64,000 bases of DNA. Origin: an uncultured Actinomycetes bacterium (GTDB taxonomy: Bacteria > Actinomycetota > UBA4738 > HRBIN12). How positions within the stretch are numbered: the first letter of the stretch is position 1; each line of letters opens with the position of its first letter. This document shows, one piece after another, positions 20,647-31,153 of this stretch. The stretch lies in contig CAVVVF010000003.1 in NCBI GenBank assembly GCA_963751665.1, positions 105,349 to 169,348 on the forward strand, given 5' to 3'. The notes beneath the pieces are model-generated. The model searched no databases. It had not been told where the DNA came from and worked only from the letters and a program-made list of their open reading frames with translations. A program made the translations under genes and the position numbers.

Positions 20647-20662
20647 TTGAACGGCGGTTCAA
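20647..20662. promoter_or_regulatory. Perfect palindrome TTGAAC-N4-GTTCAA upstream of aceA; candidate operator
   Basis: TTGAACGGCGGTTCAA at 20647..20662, about 150 nt upstream of the aceA ATG, in a 213-nt intergenic region. Confidence 0.3.
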
Positions 20663-20809
20663 CTTCCTGACGGACCCGCCGGTCCGCGTATCCGTTACGT
20701 AGGCGCGCCGGACCGGCCGTCGTCGGTCTGCGCACAACCCAGCCGACCTCCTGCATCGAGACGGAGCCTTCGCATTCCCGCCTTTCTTCCACTTCAGCGG
20801 AGGACCGAC

Positions 20810-22137
20810 ATGCTCGATCTCACGTACGACGAACGCCTCCGAAGGGAGGCTGCCTGCCTGAAGGGCCACTGGGACACGAGCCCGAGGTGGCGGGGCATCG
20901 AACGGACCTACTCGGCCGAGGACGTCATCAGGTTGCGCGGAACCATCTCGATCGAGCACACGCTGGCCCGCCTCGGCGCCGACCGGTTGTGGACGCTCAT
21001 GCACCGTACGCCCTACGTCGCGGCGCTCGGCGCTATGACCGGCGGCCAGGCCCTGGAGATGGTGAAGGCCGGCATGGACGCGGTCTACGTCTCCGGCTGG
21101 CAGGTCGCCGCCGACGCCAACCTGGCCCTGCACACCTACCCCGACCAGAGCCTGTACCCGTCGAACAGCGTGCCGGCGCTCGTCCGGCGGATCAACAACG
21201 CGCTCCAGCGCGCGGACCAGATCGCGTGGGCGAACGGGGAGCCGGCACCAGGTGGATCGTGCCGGTCGTGGCGGACGCCGAGGCCGGGTTCGGCGGCCCC
21301 CTGAACGCCTTCGAGACCATGAAGGCCATGATCGAGGCGGGCGCGTCCGCCGTGCACTTCGAGGATCAGCTGGCCGGCGAGAAGAAGTGCGGACATCTCG
21401 GCGGCAAGGTTCTCGTTCCGACGGCCCAGTTCATCCGGACGCTCACGGCCGCGCGGCTGGCCGCCGACGTGCTCGACGTGCCCACGGTGTTGGTGGCGCG
21501 GACCGACGCCTGTTCCGCGACGCTCATCACGAGCGACGTTGACCAGCGGGACCGGCCGTTCCTCACCGGCGAACGCACCGGCGAGGGGTTCTTCGTCGCG
21601 CGGGACGGCCTGGAGGCCGCCATCGCCCGGGGGCTGGCCTACGCGCCACACGCGGACGTCCTGTGGTGTGAGACATCCACCCCGGACCTGGAGGAAGCAC
21701 GGCGGTTCGCGGAGGCCATCCATGCGCGGTTCCCGGGCAAGCTGCTCGCCTACAACTGCTCGCCGTCCTTCAACTGGAAGCGGCATCTGGACGAGCCGGC
21801 GATCCGGCGGTTCCAGCGCGACCTCGGCGAGATGGGCTACGCGTTCCAGTTCGTCACGCTGGCCGGGTTCCACGCACTGAACGCATCGATGTTCGAGCTG
21901 GCCCGGGGCTACGCGCAGGACGGGATGGCCGCGTACGTCCGGCTGCAGGACCGGGAGTTCGAGCTCGAAACGGAGGGCTACACGGCCACCCGCCACCAGG
22001 CCGAGGTGGGGACGGGCTACTTCGACCGCGTGTCGCGGGCCATCGGCGGCGACCCGCACACCCTTGCGCTTCCGGGCTCGACGGAAGCGGATCAGTTCGA
22101 AGCGGAGGCGGTGACCGCAACGCGGTCCTTCGCGTGA
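20810..22137 (+). CDS. aceA: Isocitrate lyase; 1 frameshift as given
   Basis: ORF 20810..21304 ([30 protein letters not shown]) joins ORF 20887..22137 near 21240 (-1). Motifs: [43 protein letters not shown]. Confidence 0.85.
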
Positions 22138-25100
22138 GCGGGGGTCCCCTCGTTCCGTTGCGTGATGACGACGACGTCCTCCCGGGGGGCGATGCGCAGG
22201 AACCGGCGGGCCGCCTCGGGCCAGGCCGCCAGGACCTCGTGGGCTCGCGGCGAGCCGGTGAGGTCGGCGTGGCGCTCGATGAGGGCCCTCAGCAGCCCGA
22301 GATCCTCGGGGTCCGGCCCGGCCACCTCGACCAGCTCGGCGTTCACCCGCCCGGCGAGCCCGTCCGCCGCATCCAGGACGAAGGCCCGGCCGCCGGTCAT
22401 CCCGGCCCCCAGGTTCCATCCGACCGGTCCGAGCACCACGACGGTCCCGCCGGTCATGTACTCGCAGGCGTGGTCGCCCGCGCCCTCGACAACCGCCGTG
22501 GCCCCCGAGTTTCGGACCGCGAGCCGCTCGCCGACCCGTCCCGCGACGAACAGCTCGCCACCGGTCGCCCCGTACAGGACCACGTTGCCGGCCAGGTGCG
22601 GATCGCCCGCGTCGTCTCGCGGAGGGAGGATCGCGACGCGACCGCCGCCCATGCCCTTGCCGACGTAGTCGTTCGCCTCGCCGATCAGCCGGAACTCGGT
22701 TCCCGAGGCGAGGAACGCCCCGAAGGACTGGCCGGCCGATCCCCGAAACGTCGCGCGCACCGATCCGGGCGGCGCGGACTCACCGAACTCGCGTCCGATG
22801 GCCCCCCCGAGCCGGGCGCCGACGGTCCGGTCGGCGTTCCCGATCGGATAGGAAAGCTCCGCTCGCCCGCCCGCCCCCACCGACTCCCACGCATCGTGGT
22901 ACAGCCGATCGCCGAGGGACGACCGAGGGCGCTGCAACGCGAGGTGGGCGGCGAAACGCCGTTCACCCTCCACGGGCAGCAGGAGCGGTGAGAGGTCGAC
23001 CTCGCCGGCCCGGCCATCGACGGATCGGAGGCCAAACAGATCGGACCGGCCCACCGCCTCGTCCAGCGACCGTAGGCCCATCCCCGCGAGGAGCTCGCGG
23101 ACCTCCTCCGCGACGGCCTCCAGGTAGGCCGCCACCATCTCCGGGGTCCCGGCGAACTTCGCGCGGAGATCGGGCCGTTGGGTGGCGATGCCCGCCGGAC
23201 AGGTGTCCAGGTGGCATGTCCGCACCATGATGCAACCCTCAGCGAGCAGCGCTGCGGTCCCGAACGAGTACTCGTCGGCGCCGAGCAACGCAGCGACCAG
23301 GACGTCGCGTCCTGTCTTCAACCCGCCGTCGGCCCGAAGGCGCACCCTGCCGCGGAGCCCGCTCTCGACCAGGGCCCGCTGGGTCTCGGCCAGGCCGATC
23401 TCCCAGGGCAGGCCGGCGTTCTTGATCGAGCCGAGGGGCGAGGCACCCGTGCCGCCGTCGGCCCCGGCGACGTGCACGATCTCGGCCAGGCCCTTGGCTA
23501 CCCCGGCCGCGACGGTCCCGACGCCGGTCTCCGCCACCAGCTTGACCGAGACCTCCGCCACGGGGTTCACCTGTTTGAGGTCGAACACGAGCTGGGCGAG
23601 GTCCTCGATCGAGTAGATGTCGTGATGAGGCGCCGGGCTGATCAGGGCTACCCCGGGCTGCGTGTGCCGCAGTCGCGCGATCTCGTCGGTGACCTTGTGG
23701 CCGGGGAGCTGCCCTCCCTCGCCGGGCTTCGAGCCCTGCGCGATCTTGATCTGGAGCTCGTCGGCGAAGGCACAGTACTCGGGGGTCACGCCGAACCTGC
23801 CCGACGCGACCTGCTTGATGCGCGAGTTCGCCTCCGTCCGGTACCTGGCAGGATCCTCGCCACCTTCGCCCGTGTTGGAGCGTCCGCCGATCCGGTTCAT
23901 GGCGATGGCCAGGGTCTCGTGCGCTTCCCTCGAGATGGCGCCGTGGGAGATCGCACCGGTCGAGAACCTCCGTAGGATCGCGCTCGCCGGCTCGACCTCG
24001 CCCGTCGGGATCGGCGGTCCGGCGGGCAGGAGGGCGAGAAGATCGCGCGGCGCCGACGGGGGCCGGCCGTGGACCAGCTCGGAGAACCGCCGGTACAGGG
24101 CCGCTCGATCGCGGTCGCCTTCGCCGCCGGCCCCGCGAAGGGCGTGGGCCGCCCGAACATCGTTCGCCCGACCTTCGCCGTCTTCCCCGGCTGCGGTGGA
24201 TCGCAATCGCTCGAGACCCGGGTCGACCACCCGATGGAGCGCCCGCACCACATCGGGGTTCGATGCATGGTGCTCCCCGCCCCGGTGGAACTTGACGAAC
24301 CCGGGGTTCGGCAGCGGGGCGGGCTCCGGCCCGAACGCCTCCGCGTGTCGCTCCAGCTGGTCCATAGCCATCCGCTCGAAGCCGATCCCTCCGATCGGCG
24401 ACGCCGTGCCGGGGAAGCATGTCTCAACGACCTCCGCTCCCAACCCGAGGAGGTCGAAGGCCTGCCCGCCGCGGTAGGAGTCCAGGCAGGAGACGCCCAG
24501 CTTGGCCAGGATCTTGAGTACGCCCTCCTCCATCGCACCGGCGAACCGCACCATGGCGGCCTGTGCTTCGTCGTGGCCGTTCGAGCCGCCGATTGACGCG
24601 GCGGTCTGCAGGGCCAGCCGAGGGTGGACGGCCTCGGCGCCCACGGCGATCAGGCACGCCAGGTGGTGGGAGTCATGCGCGTCGTCGGCCTGGACCACGA
24701 TCGACGCCCCCGATCGCAGGCCCGCTCGGACGAGCGCCGCGTTCACGGAGCCGGCCGCGAGCAACGACGGGATGGGGCACCGGTTCGGGCCGGCGGCCTC
24801 CTCGGTGACCACCAGGATGTAGGCGCCGCGTTGCGCGGCCTCGACCGCTTCCTCCCGCAGGCGATGGAGAGCCGCTCGCATTCCGCCCGGTCCATGCGAC
24901 GCCGGCCAGGTCGCGTCGAGCCGCTCGCCGTCCGGCGAGCCAAGCAACAGGAACGTGGGGTACTCGACCAGCCCGCCCGCCTCGGGGCGCTCCCACAGGA
25001 TCGGATCCCGGGGCCCCAGCAGGACGCGGAGCGACATCACCGAGCGCTCCCGAAGGTGGTCCATCGCCGGGTTCGTGACCTGGGCGAACCGCTGCTTGAA

Positions 25101-26570
25101 GTGGTTGGCCAGCGGCCGGCGATGCTCGCTGAACGGCGCGATCGGGGCGTCGTCGCCCATGGAGAGCGTGGGCTCCTTGCCGCTGGTCGCGGCGGGACGG
25201 AGCACGAGCGACAGGTCCTCGCGCGTGTAGCCGTGGACGACCTGGCGGCGCAGGAGGTCGTGGGGAACGGAGGGATCCGGCCGGCCGGCCGAGCCGGCCA
25301 CGCGATGGGCTCGGAGCCACTCAGCGTACGGACGGCGGCGGGCCACGCGAGCGACGGGATCGCGTTGCAGCCCTCCGCCCCGGGGGTCCAAGAACATCAT
25401 CTCCCCCGGGCCGAGCTTTCCTCGCCGGACCGGGCCGTGACCCGACGAGTCGACGGCCCCTGCCTCCGACGCGCAGGCCACGAAGCCGTCCTCGCAGGCC
25501 GCGTAACGGAGGGGCCGGAGGCCGTTTCGATCGAGCGCTGCGCCGACCCCGAACCCGTCGGTGAACACGAGCGCGGCCGGCCCGTCCCACGGCTCGACCA
25601 GCGACTCGTGCCACCGGTAGAACGCCCGCACCTCCTCGCTTAGGTCCGGATCGGACTCCCAGGCCGCGGGAACCAGCATGGCCATGGCGTGGCGGATGTC
25701 TCGGCCTCCGTCCGGCCCTTCTCGCGAGAGGAGCTCCACGGACTCGTCAAGCATGGCCGAGTCCGAGCCGGCCTCGTCGACGACCGGCGAGAACAGCTCC
25801 TCGTCCGTGGCGTTCGGCAATCCCAACCGGCCCTCCCGCCCCCGCATCCGATGCACGTTGCCGGCGATCGTGTTGATCTCGCCGTTGTGGCAGAGCATCC
25901 GGAACGGCTGCGCCCGCTCCCACGTGGGGGCCGTGTTCGTCGAGTAACGCTGGTGGAAAATGGCGAACCAGGCTTCGAAGGCGGGATCGCGGAGGTCCGG
26001 GTAGAACGCCGCCAGCTGATCGGCCGCGACGAGGGCCTTGTAGGTGATCGTTCGGAACGACAGGGAGGCCACGTAGGCCGGCGCACCTCGCTCTGGGCCG
26101 CTGCGTTCGACCCTGCGGCGGGCCCGGAGCGCCAGGCGCTCGGACTCCCGCGCGGACGCTCCGATCGGTGGCTCCAGGATGGCCTGGAGGATCCGGGGCA
26201 TCGTCGAGCGCCCCCGCGCGCCGAGCGCCGAGGGCTCGGCCGGGACCTCCCGCCACCCCACGACGCCGATGCCCTCGGCGGCGCACGCCTCGGCCACCAC
26301 AGAGCGGGTGTCTTCGTCCTCGCCGCGCCCGAACACCATGGCCACGCCGAGCCGGCCGGCCTCCCGATCGGGGCCTCCCACCTCGCCGGCGAGGAACCTC
26401 GTGGGGATGGGGAGCAGCAGGCCCGCTCCGTCGCCCGTTCGAGCGTCGGCGTCCACCGCGCCACGGTGCCGCAGGCGGCACAGTCCCTCCAGGGCCCGCT
26501 CGACGATCTCTCGCGCCGGGCGCCCGGTACCGTCCGCAACGAACCCGATACCGCAGGCGTCGCGCTCCAA
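22092..26570 (-). CDS. gltB: Glutamate synthase large subunit
   Basis: Track ORF, 1492 aa, intact. N-terminal CGIGFVAD amidotransferase start, FHQRYSTNT, the FMN/Fe-S central domain and the C-terminal GXGXG beta-helix region. The 3' end overlaps the aceA 3' end by 46 nt (convergent). Confidence 0.92.
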   Translation of the reverse strand: MERDACGIGFVADGTGRPAREIVERALEGLCRLRHRGAVDADARTGDGAGLLLPIPTRFLAGEVGGPDREAGRLGVAMVFGRGEDEDTRSVVAEACAAEGIGVVGWREVPAEPSALGARGRSTMPRILQAILEPPIGASARESERLALRARRRVERSGPERGAPAYVASLSFRTITYKALVAADQLAAFYPDLRDPAFEAWFAIFHQRYSTNTAPTWERAQPFRMLCHNGEINTIAGNVHRMRGREGRLGLPNATDEELFSPVVDEAGSDSAMLDESVELLSREGPDGGRDIRHAMAMLVPAAWESDPDLSEEVRAFYRWHESLVEPWDGPAALVFTDGFGVGAALDRNGLRPLRYAACEDGFVACASEAGAVDSSGHGPVRRGKLGPGEMMFLDPRGGGLQRDPVARVARRRPYAEWLRAHRVAGSAGRPDPSVPHDLLRRQVVHGYTREDLSLVLRPAATSGKEPTLSMGDDAPIAPFSEHRRPLANHFKQRFAQVTNPAMDHLRERSVMSLRVLLGPRDPILWERPEAGGLVEYPTFLLLGSPDGERLDATWPASHGPGGMRAALHRLREEAVEAAQRGAYILVVTEEAAGPNRCPIPSLLAAGSVNAALVRAGLRSGASIVVQADDAHDSHHLACLIAVGAEAVHPRLALQTAASIGGSNGHDEAQAAMVRFAGAMEEGVLKILAKLGVSCLDSYRGGQAFDLLGLGAEVVETCFPGTASPIGGIGFERMAMDQLERHAEAFGPEPAPLPNPGFVKFHRGGEHHASNPDVVRALHRVVDPGLERLRSTAAGEDGEGRANDVRAAHALRGAGGEGDRDRAALYRRFSELVHGRPPSAPRDLLALLPAGPPIPTGEVEPASAILRRFSTGAISHGAISREAHETLAIAMNRIGGRSNTGEGGEDPARYRTEANSRIKQVASGRFGVTPEYCAFADELQIKIAQGSKPGEGGQLPGHKVTDEIARLRHTQPGVALISPAPHHDIYSIEDLAQLVFDLKQVNPVAEVSVKLVAETGVGTVAAGVAKGLAEIVHVAGADGGTGASPLGSIKNAGLPWEIGLAETQRALVESGLRGRVRLRADGGLKTGRDVLVAALLGADEYSFGTAALLAEGCIMVRTCHLDTCPAGIATQRPDLRAKFAGTPEMVAAYLEAVAEEVRELLAGMGLRSLDEAVGRSDLFGLRSVDGRAGEVDLSPLLLPVEGERRFAAHLALQRPRSSLGDRLYHDAWESVGAGGRAELSYPIGNADRTVGARLGGAIGREFGESAPPGSVRATFRGSAGQSFGAFLASGTEFRLIGEANDYVGKGMGGGRVAILPPRDDAGDPHLAGNVVLYGATGGELFVAGRVGERLAVRNSGATAVVEGAGDHACEYMTGGTVVVLGPVGWNLGAGMTGGRAFVLDAADGLAGRVNAELVEVAGPDPEDLGLLRALIERHADLTGSPRAHEVLAAWPEAARRFLRIAPREDVVVITQRNEGTPAHAKDRVAVTASASN

Positions 26571-26687
26571 GCCGTCTCCCTCCTGGGGACCCGATTGGAG
26601 GGCGAAGCTAAGGATGGAACGTTTCGGGCGGATTTCGTGCCCATGAACTTCGGGTGACGCTGGGAAGGACGTGCCCGGGGCACCGCC

Positions 26688-26714
26688 GTAACGCAGTGTT
26701 TACGCTCCGGAAAC
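26688..26714. promoter_or_regulatory. GlnR-box-like array in the gltB / glnR-like divergent intergenic region
   Basis: GTAAC-gcagtg-TTTAC-gctccg-GAAAC fits the actinomycete GlnR pattern gTnAc-n6-GaAAc. It lies 118 nt upstream of the gltB start codon. Confidence 0.4.
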
Positions 26715-26822
26715 CCAACGCGTCCCGATCCGGCGGTAGGGTCGCGCCCAACTTCGACGGTGCTCGGGGGGGCGAAGGTGTCGCTGCAAGCGCTCGAGGA
26801 CGGCGTTGGCTGGGGCTCCCCG

Positions 26823-27536
26823 ATGGGCGGAGCCGTCCGCGTGCAGGAGGCGGAGACCATCGCCAGGCGGGCGGAACAGGTCCTCGTCGTCGGCGACGAC
26901 GAGGACCTACAGGCCCGGCTAGCCGCCGACCTCACGGTCCTCGGCTACCAACCTGTGCTGGCCGGCACCCGTGAACCACCTCCTCCGACCCTTCCGGTCG
27001 CCCTCGTGGCGGCGGCCACCGGCCCTAAGGAAACCATCCGGATGTCCGAGGAGCTCCGTTCGGCCGAGGGGTTTCGCCACCTGCCGCTGGTCTGGCTGGT
27101 CGACCCGATGGACCTGTGGGTCCTGGCGGGGCGGGAGCACCTGTGCGACGAGTTCGTTCGCCTGCCGTACGTGGCCGAGGAGCTGGCGGCCCGGCTTCGG
27201 CTGCTCAGCCTGAAGACCGGCCGGGACGGTCCCGACGTGATCCGTCGCGGGCCGCTCCGCCTGAACACCTCGACGCATCTCGTGATGATGGACGGGCGCA
27301 GCATGGACCTCACGTACATGGAGTACGAGCTCCTCAAGCTCCTCGCGTCCAGCCCGGGCCGCGTGTTCACACGGGAGGACATCCTGGCCCGCGTGTGGGG
27401 CTACGACTACTTCGGCGGCATGCGCACCGTCGACGTCCACATCCGCCGGCTACGCGCCAAGTTCGGGCCCGACCACGCGTCGCTGATCCAGACGATCCGA
27501 AGCGTCGGGTACCGGTTCGCCCAGGTCCGCGGCTGA
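26823..27536 (+). CDS. glnR: GlnR-like atypical OmpR-family response regulator (receiver lacks an obvious phospho-acceptor Asp)
   Basis: Track ORF 26760..27536; I prefer ATG 26823. The C-terminal winged helix [69 protein letters not shown] closely resembles Streptomyces GlnR as I recall it. The expected acceptor position reads VALVAAAT. Confidence 0.7.
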   Translation: MGGAVRVQEAETIARRAEQVLVVGDDEDLQARLAADLTVLGYQPVLAGTREPPPPTLPVALVAAATGPKETIRMSEELRSAEGFRHLPLVWLVDPMDLWVLAGREHLCDEFVRLPYVAEELAARLRLLSLKTGRDGPDVIRRGPLRLNTSTHLVMMDGRSMDLTYMEYELLKLLASSPGRVFTREDILARVWGYDYFGGMRTVDVHIRRLRAKFGPDHASLIQTIRSVGYRFAQVRG

Positions 27537-27594
27537 CTCCCGCCCACGTCGAAGCGCCCGAGCGGTAGTCTCGGATGGCGGAGGTGAGGCCATC

Positions 27595-28137
27595 ATGCCG
27601 GACGGTCAGCGGTTGTCGGGTCGCAAGGTCGCGGTGTTCCTGGCGGAGGGGTTCGAGGACCTCGAGTTCTGGGTGACGGTCATGCGCCTTCGCGAGGAGG
27701 GCGCGGACGTCACGGTAGTAGGGATCGCAGCCGGCCAGACGGTCCGCGGGAAGCACGCCCTGGAGGCAACCAGCGACGTCGCGGCGAAGGACGTGTCCGC
27801 GGACGACTTCGACTCGGTGGTCGTCCCCGGCGGGTGGGCCCCCGACAAGCTACGCCGGCACGAGGAGGTCACCAGCCTGGTGGCCAAGGCGTACGGCCAG
27901 GGCAAGATCGTCGGGCTGATCTGCCACGCCGGTCTGGTCGGCATCTCCGCCGGCATCGTGGGCGGGCACCGGGCCACCGGGAGCCTCGGCATCAAGGACG
28001 ACCTGGTGAACGCCGGCGCGACGTGGGTGGACGAGCCGGCCTTCAGAGACGGCACCATCGTGTGGGGCCGGGTGGTGGAGGACATCCCGGCGTTCTGCCG
28101 CGAGCTCGTCGCCGCCATCGAAGAACGGACTTCGTGA
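27595..28137 (+). CDS. DJ-1/PfpI family protein
   Basis: Track ORF, 180 aa. VAVFLAEGFEDLEF, VVVPGGWAP, nucleophile elbow GLICHAG. The stop overlaps the next GTG (GTGA). Confidence 0.85.
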   Translation: MPDGQRLSGRKVAVFLAEGFEDLEFWVTVMRLREEGADVTVVGIAAGQTVRGKHALEATSDVAAKDVSADDFDSVVVPGGWAPDKLRRHEEVTSLVAKAYGQGKIVGLICHAGLVGISAGIVGGHRATGSLGIKDDLVNAGATWVDEPAFRDGTIVWGRVVEDIPAFCRELVAAIEERTS

Positions 28138-29314
28138 AGTACCTAAACGAGCCGCCGGCGTCGGCGGAGCTCGTCATCATCGGCGGCGGGGTGATCGGCG
28201 CCGCCACCGCCTTCTTCGCCGCCCGGGCCGGCCTGAAGCCGCTCCTGCTCGAGGCGCGGCCGGCGCTGTGCACGCTCACGACGCCGGTCGCCGCCGGGGC
28301 GTTCCGCCTCCAGTTCGACAACCTGGAGGAGTTGACACTCGTCCGGGAGTCGGTGGAGCTGTTCCTCAACTTCCAGGAGGTCACCGGCCAGGACGAGTAC
28401 GACCTCCGGGTCAGCCAGCAGGGCTATCTCTGGCTCACGACCGACGAGCGCAACGCCCAACACCAGCGCGAGCTGGTCACGCAGCTCCACGAGTGGGGAC
28501 AGGCCGACGTGGAGCTGCTGTCCGGCGACGAGGTTCGCGATCGGTTCTCCTTCGTGGGCCCCGACGTGCTGCAGGCCCGGTGGCGAGGGAGCGACGGGTT
28601 CCTCGACACGAAGGAGCTGACCTTCGGGCTGGCCCACGCGTCGGGCGCGGACGTCGTCCTGGAGTGCGGAGCGACCGGGTTCGTGACCTCGGGGGACGGC
28701 TCACTGCGGTCGAGTCGACGAAAGGGACCGTCGAGACCGACGCCGCCGTCATCGCGGCCGGACCGCTCTCGGGGACGGTCGCCCAAGCCGCTTCAGTGCC
28801 GCTGCCGCTCGTGACCGTTCGAAGGCAGAAGCTGATCCTGCCCGACGTGCCCGAGGTGCCGCCCGGTGCCCCGATGACGATCGACGAGGACACCGGGGTC
28901 CACTGGCGGCCCGCGCTGGCCGGGGCGTGGCTCCTGTTCACCGATCCCACCACTCCGGCAAGCCCGCCCATGGACTCCGTGCCGACCGACCCGGCGTTCG
29001 CGTTCCAGCTCCTCGACCCCTCCAGCCCGGTCTCCGTGGCGAGGGTGGTGCCGTTCTGGCGCGACGTGTGGGACCGGGGGTCCGTCCACTGGCTGCTCCA
29101 GGCGGGGCAGTACGCGGTGACGCCCGATCACCGGCCGCTGATCGGCTCCACCGAGATCGAGGGGTTGTGGGTGAACACGGGCTACAGCGGGCACGGCATC
29201 ATGCTGGGCCCGGCGGGGAGCCGGCACCTCGTGGACCTCATCGCCGGCAAGGCCGAGTCGAACCCGTTCGCGTTGGATCGAAGCTTCGAGGAGCGCGAGC
29301 CACCCAGGCTGTAG
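28134..29314 (+). CDS. FAD-dependent oxidoreductase (DAO / sarcosine-oxidase-beta-like); 1 frameshift as given
   Basis: GTG 28134 in ORF 27834..28814 (dinucleotide fold VIIGGGVIGAATAFFAARAG). A -1 shift near 28693 moves into ORF 28268..29314 (TVETDAAVIAAGP, GYSGHGIMLGPAGS). Confidence 0.78.
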
Positions 29315-29324
29315 GGTTCCGCCC

Positions 29325-30185
29325 ATGCTGCGGGGAGCCATCGCCGCGTCGGTGACGCCGCTCGCGAACGGCGGCGCATCGCTCGATGAGGACGCGTTCG
29401 GCCCCCTCGTGGAGTTCCTGGCCACCGGCGGGGTCGACGGGATCCTGGCCTGCGGCACCACCGGCGAGGGGATCCTGCTGTCGCGCGAGGAACGGAAGCG
29501 CGCGACAGAGCTGTTCCTCGCAGCGCGCCCACCCGGCTTCGCCGTGGCGGCGCACTGCGGGGCGCAGACCACCGCCGACACGGTCGCGCTTTCGAGCCAC
29601 GCGGCCGCGGCCGGAGCCGACGCGGTGGCGGTCATCGCACCGCCGTACTTCGAGCTGGACGAACGGAGCCTGGTCGAGCACTTCCGCGCGGCCGCGGACA
29701 CGTGCGCGCCGCTGCCGTTCTACGTCTACGAGTTCGCGGCGCGCAGCGGATACGCCATCCCGGTCACGGTGATCGAGCGCCTCCGTGAGGTGGCGCCGAA
29801 CCTGGCCGGACTGAAGGTGTCCGACGCGCCGTTCGGGCGCGTGGAGCCGTACCTGCTGGAGGGCCTCGACGTGTTCATCGGGTCCGAGCCGCTCGTCCTT
29901 CAGGGGCTGGAGCGCGGCGCGGCGGGTGCCGTCTCCGGCCTGGCCGCGGCCTTCCCGGAGCTGATCGCGGCGCTCGTCCACGAGCGGAGCCCGGAGGCTC
30001 ACCGTGTGGCGGTCCAGATCCGAGACGTCCTGGACCGGATCCCGTTCCACGCGGCGCTCAAGGCCATCCTGGCCGAGCGCGGCGTGCCGGTGCGGGCGGA
30101 CGTCAGGGCTCCGCTCCGCCCGCTCACCCGAGAGGAGCGAAGCGAGGTCCTCCGCCTGCTCGCTGCGGCGCCGCTCAGCCGCTAG
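29325..30185 (+). CDS. Dihydrodipicolinate synthase / N-acetylneuraminate lyase family protein
   Basis: Track ORF, 286 aa. Motifs ASVTPL, ACGTTGEG, and LAGLKVSD (Schiff-base Lys). Specificity cannot be read from the sequence. Confidence 0.8.
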   Translation: MLRGAIAASVTPLANGGASLDEDAFGPLVEFLATGGVDGILACGTTGEGILLSREERKRATELFLAARPPGFAVAAHCGAQTTADTVALSSHAAAAGADAVAVIAPPYFELDERSLVEHFRAAADTCAPLPFYVYEFAARSGYAIPVTVIERLREVAPNLAGLKVSDAPFGRVEPYLLEGLDVFIGSEPLVLQGLERGAAGAVSGLAAAFPELIAALVHERSPEAHRVAVQIRDVLDRIPFHAALKAILAERGVPVRADVRAPLRPLTREERSEVLRLLAAAPLSR

Positions 30186-30678
30186 ATCGCCGCGCCAGGA
30201 TCCCTCGCAGGGCCAGCAGCCCCCCGACGACGAAGATCGCCGTCGCCAGGTAGATCAGGCCGAGGTGCCCGAGCGTGTCGAAGTGGTTCGGGTAGTGCGC
30301 TGGAAGCGCCACCGCCAGGCCCAGTACCGGAGAGGCCACCGCGCCGACCCAGGCCCAGAGCTCACCGCGCCGAACGCCGAACGCCACCAAGAACAGCACG
30401 GCCAGCCCCGTCGCGGCGATGAACCCGGACACCGCGATGTGCAGATGGCTGATGTACTCGAACAGCGAAGGGCTGAACTCCTGGATCTGGGTCTTCCCCA
30501 CGTTCACCTCGTTCGGCCCGATCCCGAGCTCCAGGAAGCTGCTCGTGAAGTTGCGGATGAAGAAGATCACCGCATAGCCGATGAACCCCACCGCCGCCAG
30601 CCCCATCAGCCAGCTTCCGACACGAAGCGACCCGTCCGCCGTCGCATGCCGGGCCCGTCCCATCTCCACAGTCGCCAC
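30175..30678 (-). CDS. Hypothetical 4-TM membrane protein
   Basis: Track ORF, 167 aa, hydrophobic segments. Lies 34 nt downstream of the DUF2173-like gene on the same strand. Confidence 0.6.
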   Translation of the reverse strand: MATVEMGRARHATADGSLRVGSWLMGLAAVGFIGYAVIFFIRNFTSSFLELGIGPNEVNVGKTQIQEFSPSLFEYISHLHIAVSGFIAATGLAVLFLVAFGVRRGELWAWVGAVASPVLGLAVALPAHYPNHFDTLGHLGLIYLATAIFVVGGLLALRGILARRSSG

Positions 30679-30711
30679 GGTCTTCTCTCCTCTCCTGATC
30701 GGCCGACCTCG

Positions 30712-31052
30712 CTAGTGGCTCCCTACGAGCAATCCGAACAGCTCGTTGAAATCGGCTTTCGCGGTCTCGATGAAGACACCCTTCGTGCCATCCTCACCGA
30801 CCGCCACCGTGTACTGCCCGCCGCTGTACGCCCACCCTGCTGCGGGGTCCACGGCATGCTGCTGATCCCCTCGAACGCCCCGCCGAGCGTGTCGAAGAGC
30901 ATCGACACCGTCGCGCAGAACTGCGCGGCCTGCGCGGCGAGCTGTGGGGACATGTCCATGTTCGCCCGATAGTCGACCAGGGTCCCGTCTCGCTTGAACT
31001 CGCCCGCCGCGACGACGCCGTCGACCTTCACCAGATCCTCCAAGGTCGCCAT
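30712..31052 (-). CDS. DUF2173-like small protein; 1 frameshift as given
   Basis: Track ORF 30723..31052 (MATLEDLVKVDGVVAAGEFKRDGTLVDYRANMDMSPQLAAQAAQFCATV). After a shift near 30836 the conserved-looking end WAYSGGQYTVAVGEDGTKGVFIETAKADFNELFGLLVGSH appears, stopping at 30712. Confidence 0.6.
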
Positions 31053-31153
31053 CTCCCTACCCCTTTCCCCTTATGTTCAAGTACTCGCTCGAATACTAGA
31101 CCGTTTGTCAAGACGGCTCAACCCGGTTCGTAGGGGGTGGGCTCGTTCTGTGG

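Noticed and set aside
19355-21133. 592-aa minus-strand ORF across hisI, hisG and aceA
   Set aside because: It is antisense to three genes with clear motifs. Its product is Arg/Gly/Pro/Asp-rich with no recognisable domain, a typical high-GC shadow ORF. The same reasoning applies to 326..1180(-), 624..1358(-), 1301..2461(-), 6682..7743(-), 8214..9131(-), 9541..11022(-), 14778..15755(-), 21136..22419(-), 28793..29701(-) and similar ORFs.
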